Assembly: GCA_035566535.1 (NCBI GenBank)
Contig: DATMRA010000256.1
Coordinates: forward strand, 1-59,845
DNA from: Candidatus Acidiferrales bacterium
Lineage (GTDB): Bacteria; Chloroflexota; Dormibacteria; Aeolococcales; Aeolococcaceae
Reading direction: 5' to 3'
DNA: 59,845 bases
Each line of letters begins with the position of its first letter. The first letter of the stretch is position 1. A program made the position numbers and the translations under genes. A model generated the notes under the pieces. It was not told the origin of the DNA. It saw nothing but the letters and a program-made list of their open reading frames with translations, and did not search any database. Shown here piece after piece: positions 10,083-18,448 of the stretch.

Positions 10083-10089
10083 GCCGGCC

Positions 10090-11040
10090 TCACCGTGGCA
10101 CGGGGACGCGGCCCACCGCGCGTTGCACCGCGGCGACCTCGGTTACACCCTGGATCTCCGCCTCCGGCCGGCGCACCATCCGATGGCGCAGAGCGGGCAC
10201 GCATATCTCCTTGACGTCGTCGGGCACGGCGTAGTCGCGACCCTGGATGGCGGCCATTGCCTTGGCGCCGAGCAGCAGCGCAATCGAACCTCGTGGACCG
10301 GCGCCCAGGCTCAGGTCGGGGCTGGTGCGCGTCGCCGCCACGACCGCCGCAATGTACCCGAGCACCTCGTCACCAACGCGAACCGCCGACACCTCGCCGC
10401 GCACTGCACCGAGAGCGTTCGCGTCGAGCACGACCTCCACGCCGGCTCGCGCGAGATCGTGCGGGTCGAAACCGACGTCGTAGCGTCGCAGCATTGCGAT
10501 TTCTACGTCAGTTGCGGGCACAGGCACTTCGAGCTTGAAGAAGAAGCGATCAAGCTGCGCCTCCGGCAGCGGATACGTGCCCTCGTATTCGATCGGATTC
10601 TGCGTCGCCACCACCAGAAACCGATTGCCGAGTGGCATGCGCTGCCCATCTGAGGTCACCTGGTGCTCTTCCATCGCCTCGAGGAGCGCCGCCTGCGTCT
10701 TGGCCGGGGCGCGATTGATCTCGTCAGCGAGCAGTGTGTCGGTGAAGATGGGTCCTGGCCGAAACTCGAATGTGCCGGTGCTCGTGCGATAGACGCTGGT
10801 ACCGATGATGTCGGACGGCAACAGATCGGGGGTGAACTGGATGCGGGTGAACTTCGCGTCCAGCGCTGCCGCCAGGGCGCGGGCCATGAGCGTTTTTGCG
10901 GTGCCCGGCACACCTTCGAGGAGCACGTGACCGCCCACCAGCACCGCGATGAACAGACCATCGATCACCTGCTGCTGGCCGACGATGGCGCGGCCGAGGA
11001 CGTCGTGGAGCCGCGCGCGCACCTCGGCCGTCTGCGTCAT
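10090..11040 (-). CDS. MoxR-family AAA+ ATPase
   Basis: Walker A GVPGTAKT and an AAA_3/MoxR-like sequence throughout. ATGA overlap with the upstream gene. Confidence 0.92.
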   Translation of the reverse strand: MTQTAEVRARLHDVLGRAIVGQQQVIDGLFIAVLVGGHVLLEGVPGTAKTLMARALAAALDAKFTRIQFTPDLLPSDIIGTSVYRTSTGTFEFRPGPIFTDTLLADEINRAPAKTQAALLEAMEEHQVTSDGQRMPLGNRFLVVATQNPIEYEGTYPLPEAQLDRFFFKLEVPVPATDVEIAMLRRYDVGFDPHDLARAGVEVVLDANALGAVRGEVSAVRVGDEVLGYIAAVVAATRTSPDLSLGAGPRGSIALLLGAKAMAAIQGRDYAVPDDVKEICVPALRHRMVRRPEAEIQGVTEVAAVQRAVGRVPVPR

Positions 11041-12203
11041 GGCCGCAATTGTGGGGTGAGCGACGCGGCACCGGCCCAGCGGCGCTCCAGCGCATCGACG
11101 TCGCGGGCGAGGCTCAGGACCGCCGCCTCGTCGGGACTGCCCGTCGCGAGGATCCGCGCCCGACTCAACAGGGCTGCCACGTCGTCGACGTGGTCGTGCC
11201 CCGCACCTCGCAGCGCCGCGACGAAAGCTGCGTCATCGCGGTGGGCGTCGATTCCGCTCACTTGGCTCACTCGACGCTTCAGGTCGTAGGCGTATCGCAC
11301 CGCCAGCCCGCCACGGTTGCGTGAACCCGAGAGCAGCTCGCCCATCGCATCCATGTACGACTCGGCTGTCGGGACCGTCACCGTCTCGATGGCGACCGGC
11401 CGTCCCAACCGGCGCCCATTCAACCCGATAGCGAGCACAACGATGACCACGGTGAGCACCGCGGACAGGCCGATCGGACCACTGAAGATGGCAGACGCTC
11501 CCGTGTTCGCCGTCCCGCCCTCGCCGTGGTGGAACTCGTCGAACGCGATGCGACCTCCGCGCGCGCGCTCCAGCAGGCTGAGCACGAAGTACGCAGAGTC
11601 ATCGTGGCGCAGCCCGTCGTTGGACAGCGGCTGCGTGTCACCGATGATCACCACTCGACCGCCTCCGTCAACGTGCACAGCCGCGGCTATCACGGCATGG
11701 TTCTGCGTGAGCAGCGGCACCACCGTCGGGCTGGGGAGAAATGAGAACCCGCCACCAGTCGGCACCGAGCGTACGCGTCCGGCTGCGTCAAAGGGTTGAG
11801 CGGGAACGGCGCTGCCTGGTGCGCTGGTTGCGCCGAGTTCCACGCCGAGCCGCTGCAGCAGGGGCTGGGCCGCGGCAATGCTCTCCGGCGCCAGGGCGAC
11901 AATCACATCGCCGCCACGTTTCACGTGCTTCATGGTCGTGTCGACGTCTGAGCTGCTGAGCGTGACGAGCGGGTCGTACTCGATGAGCACGTCCACCCTC
12001 GAAAGATCGAAGGTTCCCGTCACGCGCGAGACAGGAAGGCCGAGGCGCTGCAACCACGTGTACGCGGCAAGCGTCCCCAGCTTTCCGGCGGAGCGCGATG
12101 ACGGATTGCCCTGGTCGGGCGGCACGGCGACCGCGATGGCTATCACGCCGACGACCACCAGCGCCACGATGAGCACAAGCAGTGGCTGCAGGCTGCGCCT
12201 CAC
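11037..12203 (-). CDS. DUF4350-like membrane-anchored protein
   Basis: GTG 12203 overlaps the stop of the upstream gene (GTGA). N-terminal TM helix and a second TM near residue ~280. Synteny with MoxR/DUF58/DUF4129. Confidence 0.6.
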   Translation of the reverse strand: MRRSLQPLLVLIVALVVVGVIAIAVAVPPDQGNPSSRSAGKLGTLAAYTWLQRLGLPVSRVTGTFDLSRVDVLIEYDPLVTLSSSDVDTTMKHVKRGGDVIVALAPESIAAAQPLLQRLGVELGATSAPGSAVPAQPFDAAGRVRSVPTGGGFSFLPSPTVVPLLTQNHAVIAAAVHVDGGGRVVIIGDTQPLSNDGLRHDDSAYFVLSLLERARGGRIAFDEFHHGEGGTANTGASAIFSGPIGLSAVLTVVIVVLAIGLNGRRLGRPVAIETVTVPTAESYMDAMGELLSGSRNRGGLAVRYAYDLKRRVSQVSGIDAHRDDAAFVAALRGAGHDHVDDVAALLSRARILATGSPDEAAVLSLARDVDALERRWAGAASLTPQLRP

Positions 12204-13144
12204 GTGACACGTCCCGGAGCACGCCTGCGCGCCATGGTACGCAGCACCTCGCAGCGGGCTTTCGCTTGCACCCACAGATCGCTGCCAATCGCGTTCCCCG
12301 AGTACCACGCGTAGTCGAACGCTCCGGCGGCGGGGGCGAGCGCTGCAAGAAGATCGCCGTCCGCCGCAAACGAGCCCAGCAGCTCACGCGTGGTCCACGC
12401 CGGATCGACGCGCACGGTGCTGCGCAGCGCGATATCCAGCAGCGCGCTGCGAAACGCGCGGCGAATCGCCTCTCTGTAGTCACGGCGTGCGGCTGCGGTC
12501 GTGGCGGCCTTCCACTCCACGTCGGGGTCGTCGCTGTCACCCGCCGGTTCGTCTCGCAGGTGCGCCGGCCGGGATCCGAGGCCGCGCCGCAGCCGCAATG
12601 CGGCGAGCGCCAGGCCCGCTGCAAGGACAGCGGCGGCGAGAAGCAGCGACCCTCCGGTACCCAGTGTCCTCCTGATCGTGTCGATCACTCCGCCGAGAAA
12701 GTCCAGAATGCGGCTGAACAGGCTGGGCTGGGTGCTTTGGTCGAGATTGGCAAAAACTGGCGAGGCGTAGACATCGCGCAATGTCTGCCGGGCGGCCGAC
12801 GAGTCGACGTTGCATGTTGATCCCGGCGGCACCGCGAGGACGCCGGCAAGCGACTGGAGCCGGGTCCTCGCATCGTCGACGTCCGGCGGCGTGCTGTTCA
12901 GATCGTCGATCACCGGGGTCAGGACGCCGGCATCAGGCGCCGCGTCCTGCTGCGCGGCGATGATGCGGGCGAGCGCTGCGCCGGTGTCCGGTGGTTTGGC
13001 GTTCAGCGCTGCCGCCGCAGCGTCGATGCCGGAGATGTAGCGCAGCGCGACGCAGTCCGTCGCGGCCACAGTTCCGCCCAGGACCGGTGCGACACCGCCC
13101 AACGCGGCTGCGCCGGCGACGGCGCACGCCAGCAGCCGCCTCAC
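12200..13144 (-). CDS. DUF4129-like protein (signal peptide, TM, C-terminal cytosolic domain)
   Basis: Signal-like N-terminus, one TM helix (LLLAAAVLAAGLALAAL), then a DUF4129-like tail (RRDYREAIRRAFRSALL...WTTREL). Confidence 0.6.
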   Translation of the reverse strand: MRRLLACAVAGAAALGGVAPVLGGTVAATDCVALRYISGIDAAAAALNAKPPDTGAALARIIAAQQDAAPDAGVLTPVIDDLNSTPPDVDDARTRLQSLAGVLAVPPGSTCNVDSSAARQTLRDVYASPVFANLDQSTQPSLFSRILDFLGGVIDTIRRTLGTGGSLLLAAAVLAAGLALAALRLRRGLGSRPAHLRDEPAGDSDDPDVEWKAATTAAARRDYREAIRRAFRSALLDIALRSTVRVDPAWTTRELLGSFAADGDLLAALAPAAGAFDYAWYSGNAIGSDLWVQAKARCEVLRTMARRRAPGRVT

Positions 13145-14265
13145 AGCGAACGCGCGAGCATCTCGATGTCGAACCCCTCTTTGCGGATCCGTGTGTCGTA
13201 GTAGAGGAGCGTCACGGCGATGTAGGTGATCGGGCTCACGAAGACCGCGACCACGGCGCCCGCCACCTCGCTGACGATGAACTGCCCGTTGGCGTCAAAC
13301 CCCGCACCCGCCAGGGTGAGCAGGGTGCTGAAAACCCCACTGATGATCCCCGTGATGAGCAGGAGAAGCAGCCGGATGCCGAGCAAGCGCCAGCCCAGAC
13401 CGCGCGTGAGCTGCCAGCTTCGCTTCAAACCGCCCCACCCGGACACGCCTTCCAGGACGATCGCCGGCGCAGCGAGCGACGTCCGCACATACACGAAGAT
13501 CGCGAACCCGACGATGCCGAGGTCGACGAGGCCGCCGACAATCGCGCCGGCACCCCCGGCACCGGCGGCAAAGCCGAAGAGGATGAAGAACGCCCCGGCG
13601 ATCAAAGCGATCGAACCACCGAGAAGGATCAGGCTCTGCACGATCAGCGCACCGAGCCGCCGGATGGCCGCGCCATATGACGTGCCGAGCGAGGTCTCGC
13701 GATCGAGGTATCGGTCGCTCACGGCTCGCGTCGTCGCGGCCTCGGCGAGCGGCAGGATCACGAACGCGCCCACCAGCACCAGGATTCCGGTCGCGACCAG
13801 GACACCGGCGACGGCGTTCTGCAGCGCCTGGAGTTGATCCGGCGTCAGCGTCTGCTGGTTGGCCTGTGGAGTGGCGAACCTGCCGAACGGGCCGCTCGCG
13901 AAAGAGGTGAACCCGGCAACCTGAAACAGAACGAACTGCAGGACCGCGTAGGGCACCTGGACCACGGCGCTGATGGCGGCGATGAGAAGGAAGTTGCGCC
14001 GGTACAGCGAGAAGATGGCGTCGAGCAGTTCGCCAACGCCCATCGAGTGGAACCGCCCCGAGCCGACCTGGCCGGCGTAGGGACGCTGGGGATTCCAGCC
14101 GGGAAAGCCCTGGCCCCACGCCGGAGGTGGCGGAGGTGGCCCTCCAGATGGCGGATTCCAGCCCGGCGCGACGTACGGCGGGACCGGTGGATATCCGGTC
14201 GGAACGCCGCCGGTCCCCGCCGGCGGATGGGGCGGCGGGTCTGGTGGTCGAGCGGCGTCGGCCAT
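13141..14265 (-). CDS. polytopic membrane protein with Pro-rich N-terminal tail
   Basis: ~60-aa PPxGYPP-rich tail then ~6 TM helices. 4-bp overlap with the downstream DUF4129-like gene. Confidence 0.6.
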   Translation of the reverse strand: MADAARPPDPPPHPPAGTGGVPTGYPPVPPYVAPGWNPPSGGPPPPPPAWGQGFPGWNPQRPYAGQVGSGRFHSMGVGELLDAIFSLYRRNFLLIAAISAVVQVPYAVLQFVLFQVAGFTSFASGPFGRFATPQANQQTLTPDQLQALQNAVAGVLVATGILVLVGAFVILPLAEAATTRAVSDRYLDRETSLGTSYGAAIRRLGALIVQSLILLGGSIALIAGAFFILFGFAAGAGGAGAIVGGLVDLGIVGFAIFVYVRTSLAAPAIVLEGVSGWGGLKRSWQLTRGLGWRLLGIRLLLLLITGIISGVFSTLLTLAGAGFDANGQFIVSEVAGAVVAVFVSPITYIAVTLLYYDTRIRKEGFDIEMLARSL

Positions 14266-14381
14266 GGCCCTACATTGTGCGTCCGCTCGACTGCGCCAGA
14301 AGCAGCGCTATCCTGACGCAGCCCCGTCATGAATGCATCGCTTGCTCTGATCGACACCGCTTCCGTGCGACCGCGGCTGCC

Positions 14382-15779
14382 GTGAGGGCGCTCATCGTCG
14401 AAGCTGAGCCGACCCAGCCGCGCAGGCGGCCTCGACTGAGACGCCGCCCGGCGTCGCTCGCCCCTGCCCTGCCCGTTCACGTGCGCGAAGTGAGCACGCC
14501 GATGCCGCAGGGCCAGGGCTGGGTCCTTGTGCGACCGGCCCTGGCGGGTATCTGCGCCACGGATCTCGACATGCTGCACAGCTTTGGCGTGCCGTCGATC
14601 CTCTCGGCGTATGAGCGAACGTCGGCGGTCATCCCCGGCCACGAGGTCGTGGGGGTCGTCGAGCGAGCCGCCGCCACCCGATGGGCCAAGGAAGGTCATC
14701 GCGTCCTCGTCGAACCGACCCTTCGCTGCGTTCACAAGGGACTTGCCGAATGCCGACGCTGCCGCGCGGGGGACACACATCTCTGTGAAAACCGCGACCG
14801 AGCCGGCGCCCTCTGCTCGGGCACAGCGATTGGCTCCAGCGAACGGGCCGGTGGCGGCTGGAGCGAAGGCTTCCTCGTCCACGAGGACATGCTCATCCCG
14901 GCGGACGGGATCAGCGATCAGCGCGGTGTGCTCGCAGAGCCCGCAGCCGGCGCCCTGCATGCGGTATTGCGCTGGACGCGGCGCGGCGATCACGCGATCG
15001 TCATCGGCTCGGGGGCGCAGAGCCGCCTCATCGTCGCAACCCTGCGCCGCCTATATCCCGACCTCGAGGTCGAGGTCATCTATGACGCGCGCAGCCCGTC
15101 GCGCCCAAGGCAGGGGCGCCACGCGCGACAGCCTTCGCACCTCAACGCCGACACTGCATCCGATTTCAATGCGATCCGCGCGATGGGCGCGTCCCGAGTG
15201 CGCCGCGGCTCGCCCGAGCAACTGCTTGTGGAAATCGCCGAGAGCCTCGGCGCCCGGGCGTTGCGGCCAGAGGGCGGTGGCCTGCCGGTGCTCGACGGCG
15301 GGGTCGACGCCGTGTTCGACTGCCAGGCGACCGCGGGGAGCATCGACCTCGGCCTGCGCCTGCTCCGCGGTGGCGGAACGCTGGTCCTCGGGGGACGCTC
15401 CGGACGCCATGAGGTGGAATGGCCTCTTGTATGGGCTCGCGAGCTGAGCGTCCTGGGCTCGGCGCTGTATGGACGCGAGGCCACCGGACATCGGACGTTC
15501 GCGATCGTGCGCGAATGGCTCAGCGACCCCGCCTTCCCGATCGATTCCGTGGTGACACACCGATTTCCCCTGGAGGAATACAAGGCTGCACTCGAGACGG
15601 CTTCAGCGGGCGTGGCCGCAGGGGCCGTCAAGGTTGTGTTCCAAGGATCGGCCGGAGCTCTGCGAACCGACCTGGACGCAGGAGCTGCGCAAGAGGACAT
15701 GAACGGTGACGCTCCGCTGTTGCTGCACGCCAGCGCAGCCCACTCGCGCTCGATCCGCGAGGCGCGAATGCCACGGTGA
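14382..15779 (+). CDS. zinc-type alcohol dehydrogenase (MDR superfamily) with long insert/tail
   Basis: In-frame GTG 14382 (VRALIVE...). GICATDLD and PGHEVVG Zn-ligand regions and a VIGSGAQS Rossmann motif. The track ORF from 14127 would overlap the divergent gene. Confidence 0.75.
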   Translation: MRALIVEAEPTQPRRRPRLRRRPASLAPALPVHVREVSTPMPQGQGWVLVRPALAGICATDLDMLHSFGVPSILSAYERTSAVIPGHEVVGVVERAAATRWAKEGHRVLVEPTLRCVHKGLAECRRCRAGDTHLCENRDRAGALCSGTAIGSSERAGGGWSEGFLVHEDMLIPADGISDQRGVLAEPAAGALHAVLRWTRRGDHAIVIGSGAQSRLIVATLRRLYPDLEVEVIYDARSPSRPRQGRHARQPSHLNADTASDFNAIRAMGASRVRRGSPEQLLVEIAESLGARALRPEGGGLPVLDGGVDAVFDCQATAGSIDLGLRLLRGGGTLVLGGRSGRHEVEWPLVWARELSVLGSALYGREATGHRTFAIVREWLSDPAFPIDSVVTHRFPLEEYKAALETASAGVAAGAVKVVFQGSAGALRTDLDAGAAQEDMNGDAPLLLHASAAHSRSIREARMPR

Positions 15780-15786
15780 GCCCGGC

Positions 15787-15966
15787 CTAATCGGTATTCG
15801 CTGACTCGTCCTTCGGCTTGCGCCGGCGTTCCGCGACGGCGGGAACGATCCGCTTCACGGCAGCGTTGTCGACCACCATACGGGTCTGGCGTTTTCGGTC
15901 ACGATGGCGGATGCGGGCGCGCTCTTTCTGCGGTAGTTCCTGCTCCGTACCGTCGGTTTCCGCCAT
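15787..15966 (-). CDS. possible small basic protein (59 aa), not in ORF track
   Basis: Hand-translated: MAETDGTEQELPQKERARIRHRDRKRQTRMVVDNAAVKRIVPAVAERRRKPKDESANTD. The ATG lies 19 nt after the anti-sigma stop, on the same strand. Confidence 0.3.
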   Translation of the reverse strand: MAETDGTEQELPQKERARIRHRDRKRQTRMVVDNAAVKRIVPAVAERRRKPKDESANTD

Positions 15967-15984
15967 CGCCGTTGCCGCGTGACC

Positions 15985-16314
15985 CTAGGCCGCGAGCGCC
16001 TGCTCGTGACGGCGACCGCGCGCGACCGCCACGCCGATACCGACCGCTGCCGCGACCGTTATCGCAGCTGCACCACCGATGAGCGTGGGGGCCCGCCGGC
16101 GAAGTGCGAGACGGCGCCACGCGGGCAGGCCGCCCGGTTGGACGAGATCGAAAACGCGCGCCCGCACTCGTGCGCGTTGCATGGCAGACATGCGCCAGTC
16201 GTCGAGCGAGCGAGCCACCTCACCGGCGAGATCGACCAGCGCCTGGATCTCCGTCGTCAGCAACGGGTCCCGGCCGCCCAGCGCGTCGTCAAGCTGCTCG
16301 TGCTGTTCGATCAT
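15985..16314 (-). CDS. putative anti-sigma factor (single TM)
   Basis: ATGA overlap with the ECF sigma gene. One TM helix (LIGGAAAITVAAAVGIGVAV). Confidence 0.55.
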   Translation of the reverse strand: MIEQHEQLDDALGGRDPLLTTEIQALVDLAGEVARSLDDWRMSAMQRARVRARVFDLVQPGGLPAWRRLALRRRAPTLIGGAAAITVAAAVGIGVAVARGRRHEQALAA

Positions 16315-16898
16315 CCCTGCTGGCCCTCCGCTCGGTCGAGCCGTTCGGCAGGTAGCGGAGCGCCGAGCCGTCTGCGCAACGTTGTCAGTGCGCGAAACGT
16401 GAGCAGTTTCACCGCTCCCTCACTGCGCTGCATGATCTCCGCGATCTCGCGGTTGCGCAGCTCGCCACCGAAGCGAAGCACCACCGCCTGCCGTTGATCG
16501 GCGGGGAGCAGCGCCACAGCAGCGCGGATCTCGGTCGCACGATCGAGCGCCTCGGCGGCAGCGGCCGGATCGAGGGCGTCGCCTGGCATGTGCGGTGCGA
16601 GCTCGATCCATCCCGGGCGCCGGCGCTCCCGCGACACGAGGTTTCCCGCAACCCGATACAGCCACGCGGAGTAGGGAACGCCGCGCCACTGAAAACGAGG
16701 CAGCTCCTCGATCGCCTTTGCGAACGTCGCGCCGGTCACGTCCTCGGCTTGCTCCTTGTCCTTGGTCAGCGTGTACGCGTATGCATAGATCTGGTCAACG
16801 TAGCGCTCGTACAGCGGCGCGAACGCCGCCCTGTCGCGCTGCGCGGCCAGGATCTCCTTGCGTTCCTCCTCGAGCTCGGCAACGCTGCGATGCGGCAT
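16311..16898 (-). CDS. ECF-type RNA polymerase sigma factor
   Basis: Sigma-70 region 2 (YAYAYTLT..., SAWLYRVAGN) and region 4 HTH (NREIAEIMQRSEGAVKLLTFRAL). Confidence 0.88.
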   Translation of the reverse strand: MPHRSVAELEEERKEILAAQRDRAAFAPLYERYVDQIYAYAYTLTKDKEQAEDVTGATFAKAIEELPRFQWRGVPYSAWLYRVAGNLVSRERRRPGWIELAPHMPGDALDPAAAAEALDRATEIRAAVALLPADQRQAVVLRFGGELRNREIAEIMQRSEGAVKLLTFRALTTLRRRLGAPLPAERLDRAEGQQG

Positions 16899-16983
16899 CG
16901 CTCAACGGCGCCGATTTCGCGGTGGATGCATCACGCAGAAGGACCGGTTGCCGGTCGAGGTTACGGCGATGGCTCTGGCGCCG

Positions 16984-18198
16984 TCAGCGCAAACCAAGCT
17001 TCGTGCCGGCATCGGCGAACGCCTCGAGTGCCCGATCCAGCTGCTGCCGCGTGTGCGTGGCCGTGACGATGGTGCGAATGCGCGCCTGGCCACGCGGCAC
17101 CGTGGGAAAGCCGATCCCCTGGGCGAAGATACCCCGCTCGAGCAGCAGATCAGACAGCTGCATCGCGGTCGTCGCCTCTCCGCACATGACCGGAGTGATC
17201 GGCGTCTCGCTCCGTCCCAGATCGAAGCCCAGGCCGCGCAGGCCTTCCTTGAAATGGCGTGTGTTGTCCCAGAGCTGCGCGATCAGCTCATCACCTGACT
17301 CGAGCACATCGATGGCGGCAATGCACGCCGCCACCACAGCGGGTGGATGCGATGAGGAGAACAGAAACGGCCGCGCCTTGTGGATGAGGTGATCGCGCAC
17401 CGTTTGCGACGCGCAGACGTACCCACCGACGACGCCGATCGCCTTGCTCAGCGTGCCGATGTTGAGCGCGACGCGCCCGTGCAGGCCGAAGTGATCGGTG
17501 GTGCCGCGGCCGTTGGTGCCCAGCACTCCGGTTGCATGCGCATCGTCGACCATCACCGCGGCGCCGTACTGCTCAGCCCGCTCCACCAAGCCGCGCAGCG
17601 GTGCGATGTCACCATCCATGCTGAAGACGCCGTCGGTGGCCAGCAGAACGCGCCGGTACCCTTTCGCCTTCGCCTCGCTGAGGGCGCGCTCGGCGTCATC
17701 GACGTCGACGTGCTCGTACAGGATGCGATCTGCCTTGGTGAGACGGATGCCGTCGATGATGCTCGCGTGGTTCAACTTGTCGCTTACCACGCAATCGCCC
17801 TGCTCCAGCATCGATCCGATCACACCGACGTTGACGGTGTAGCCGCTGCCGAACGTCAGCGACGCCTCCGTGTGCTTGAACTCGGCAAGGCGGCGTTCGA
17901 GTTCCTCGTGCAGCGTCTGCGTGCCTGCGATCGTGCGCACCGCCCCGGTGCCCGCGCCCCACTCCGCTACCGCACGCTCGGCGGCCTCGACCAGCTGCGG
18001 ATGCGTGTTGAGGCCGAGATAGTTGTTGCTCGACAGGCTGATCAGCCGCTTCCCCTGGATAACGACCTCAGGCCCCTGCGCCGACTCCAATACTCGAAGT
18101 GGCCGGTACAACCCATCACGCTTCAACGCTTCGAGATCCTCGGTCAGCGACGCGTCGAGCGCCTGAACAGCAGCAGACGTGTTGGTCTCAGTGATCAT
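16984..18198 (-). CDS. kbl: glycine C-acetyltransferase (2-amino-3-ketobutyrate CoA ligase)
   Basis: Alpha-oxoamine synthase motifs SNNYLGL, DDAHATG and the PLP-Lys TLSKAIG. Lies downstream of tdh. Confidence 0.88.
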   Translation of the reverse strand: MITETNTSAAVQALDASLTEDLEALKRDGLYRPLRVLESAQGPEVVIQGKRLISLSSNNYLGLNTHPQLVEAAERAVAEWGAGTGAVRTIAGTQTLHEELERRLAEFKHTEASLTFGSGYTVNVGVIGSMLEQGDCVVSDKLNHASIIDGIRLTKADRILYEHVDVDDAERALSEAKAKGYRRVLLATDGVFSMDGDIAPLRGLVERAEQYGAAVMVDDAHATGVLGTNGRGTTDHFGLHGRVALNIGTLSKAIGVVGGYVCASQTVRDHLIHKARPFLFSSSHPPAVVAACIAAIDVLESGDELIAQLWDNTRHFKEGLRGLGFDLGRSETPITPVMCGEATTAMQLSDLLLERGIFAQGIGFPTVPRGQARIRTIVTATHTRQQLDRALEAFADAGTKLGLR

Positions 18199-18251
18199 TG
18201 CGTCAACGATACCGCTGCCTGCAGGTGGACTGTGTCACGGCATATACGGAT

Positions 18252-18410
18252 CGTGGTTTTCGGGCAAGCAGCACACCGCTCTGCGAGGTACGCCGTCGGA
18301 CCCCCGCTGGGGGCCCGCGGCTCGGCACTCGGCTCGCCCTCCGCTCCAAGCCGTTCCGGCTCGCCTCCGTGACGCCCTCGCTCCGGGCGTGCCGCTTGCC
18401 CGAAACCACG
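18252..18410. repeat. ~160-nt element closed by an 18/17-nt inverted repeat in the tdh-kbl spacer
   Basis: CGTGGTTTTCGGGCAAGC (18252-18269) pairs with GCTTGCCCGAAACCACG (18394-18410), with one bulged T. Inner GC hairpins. TGCAGGTGG direct repeats at 18220-18228 and 18412-18420. Confidence 0.55.
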
Positions 18411-18448
18411 ATGCAGGTGGCCTGACGCGGGCCATCGTCAGACAACGA

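Noticed and set aside
14127-14381. 5' extension of the alcohol dehydrogenase ORF
   Set aside because: It would overlap the divergent membrane-protein gene (13141..14265). The MDR-like sequence starts at GTG 14382 (VRALIVE). The ATG at 14329 is in a different frame and stops after 18 codons.
18198-18445. 75-80-aa ORFs on both strands of the tdh-kbl spacer
   Set aside because: Arg-rich, no SD, and they coincide with the inverted-repeat element. Treated as noncoding.
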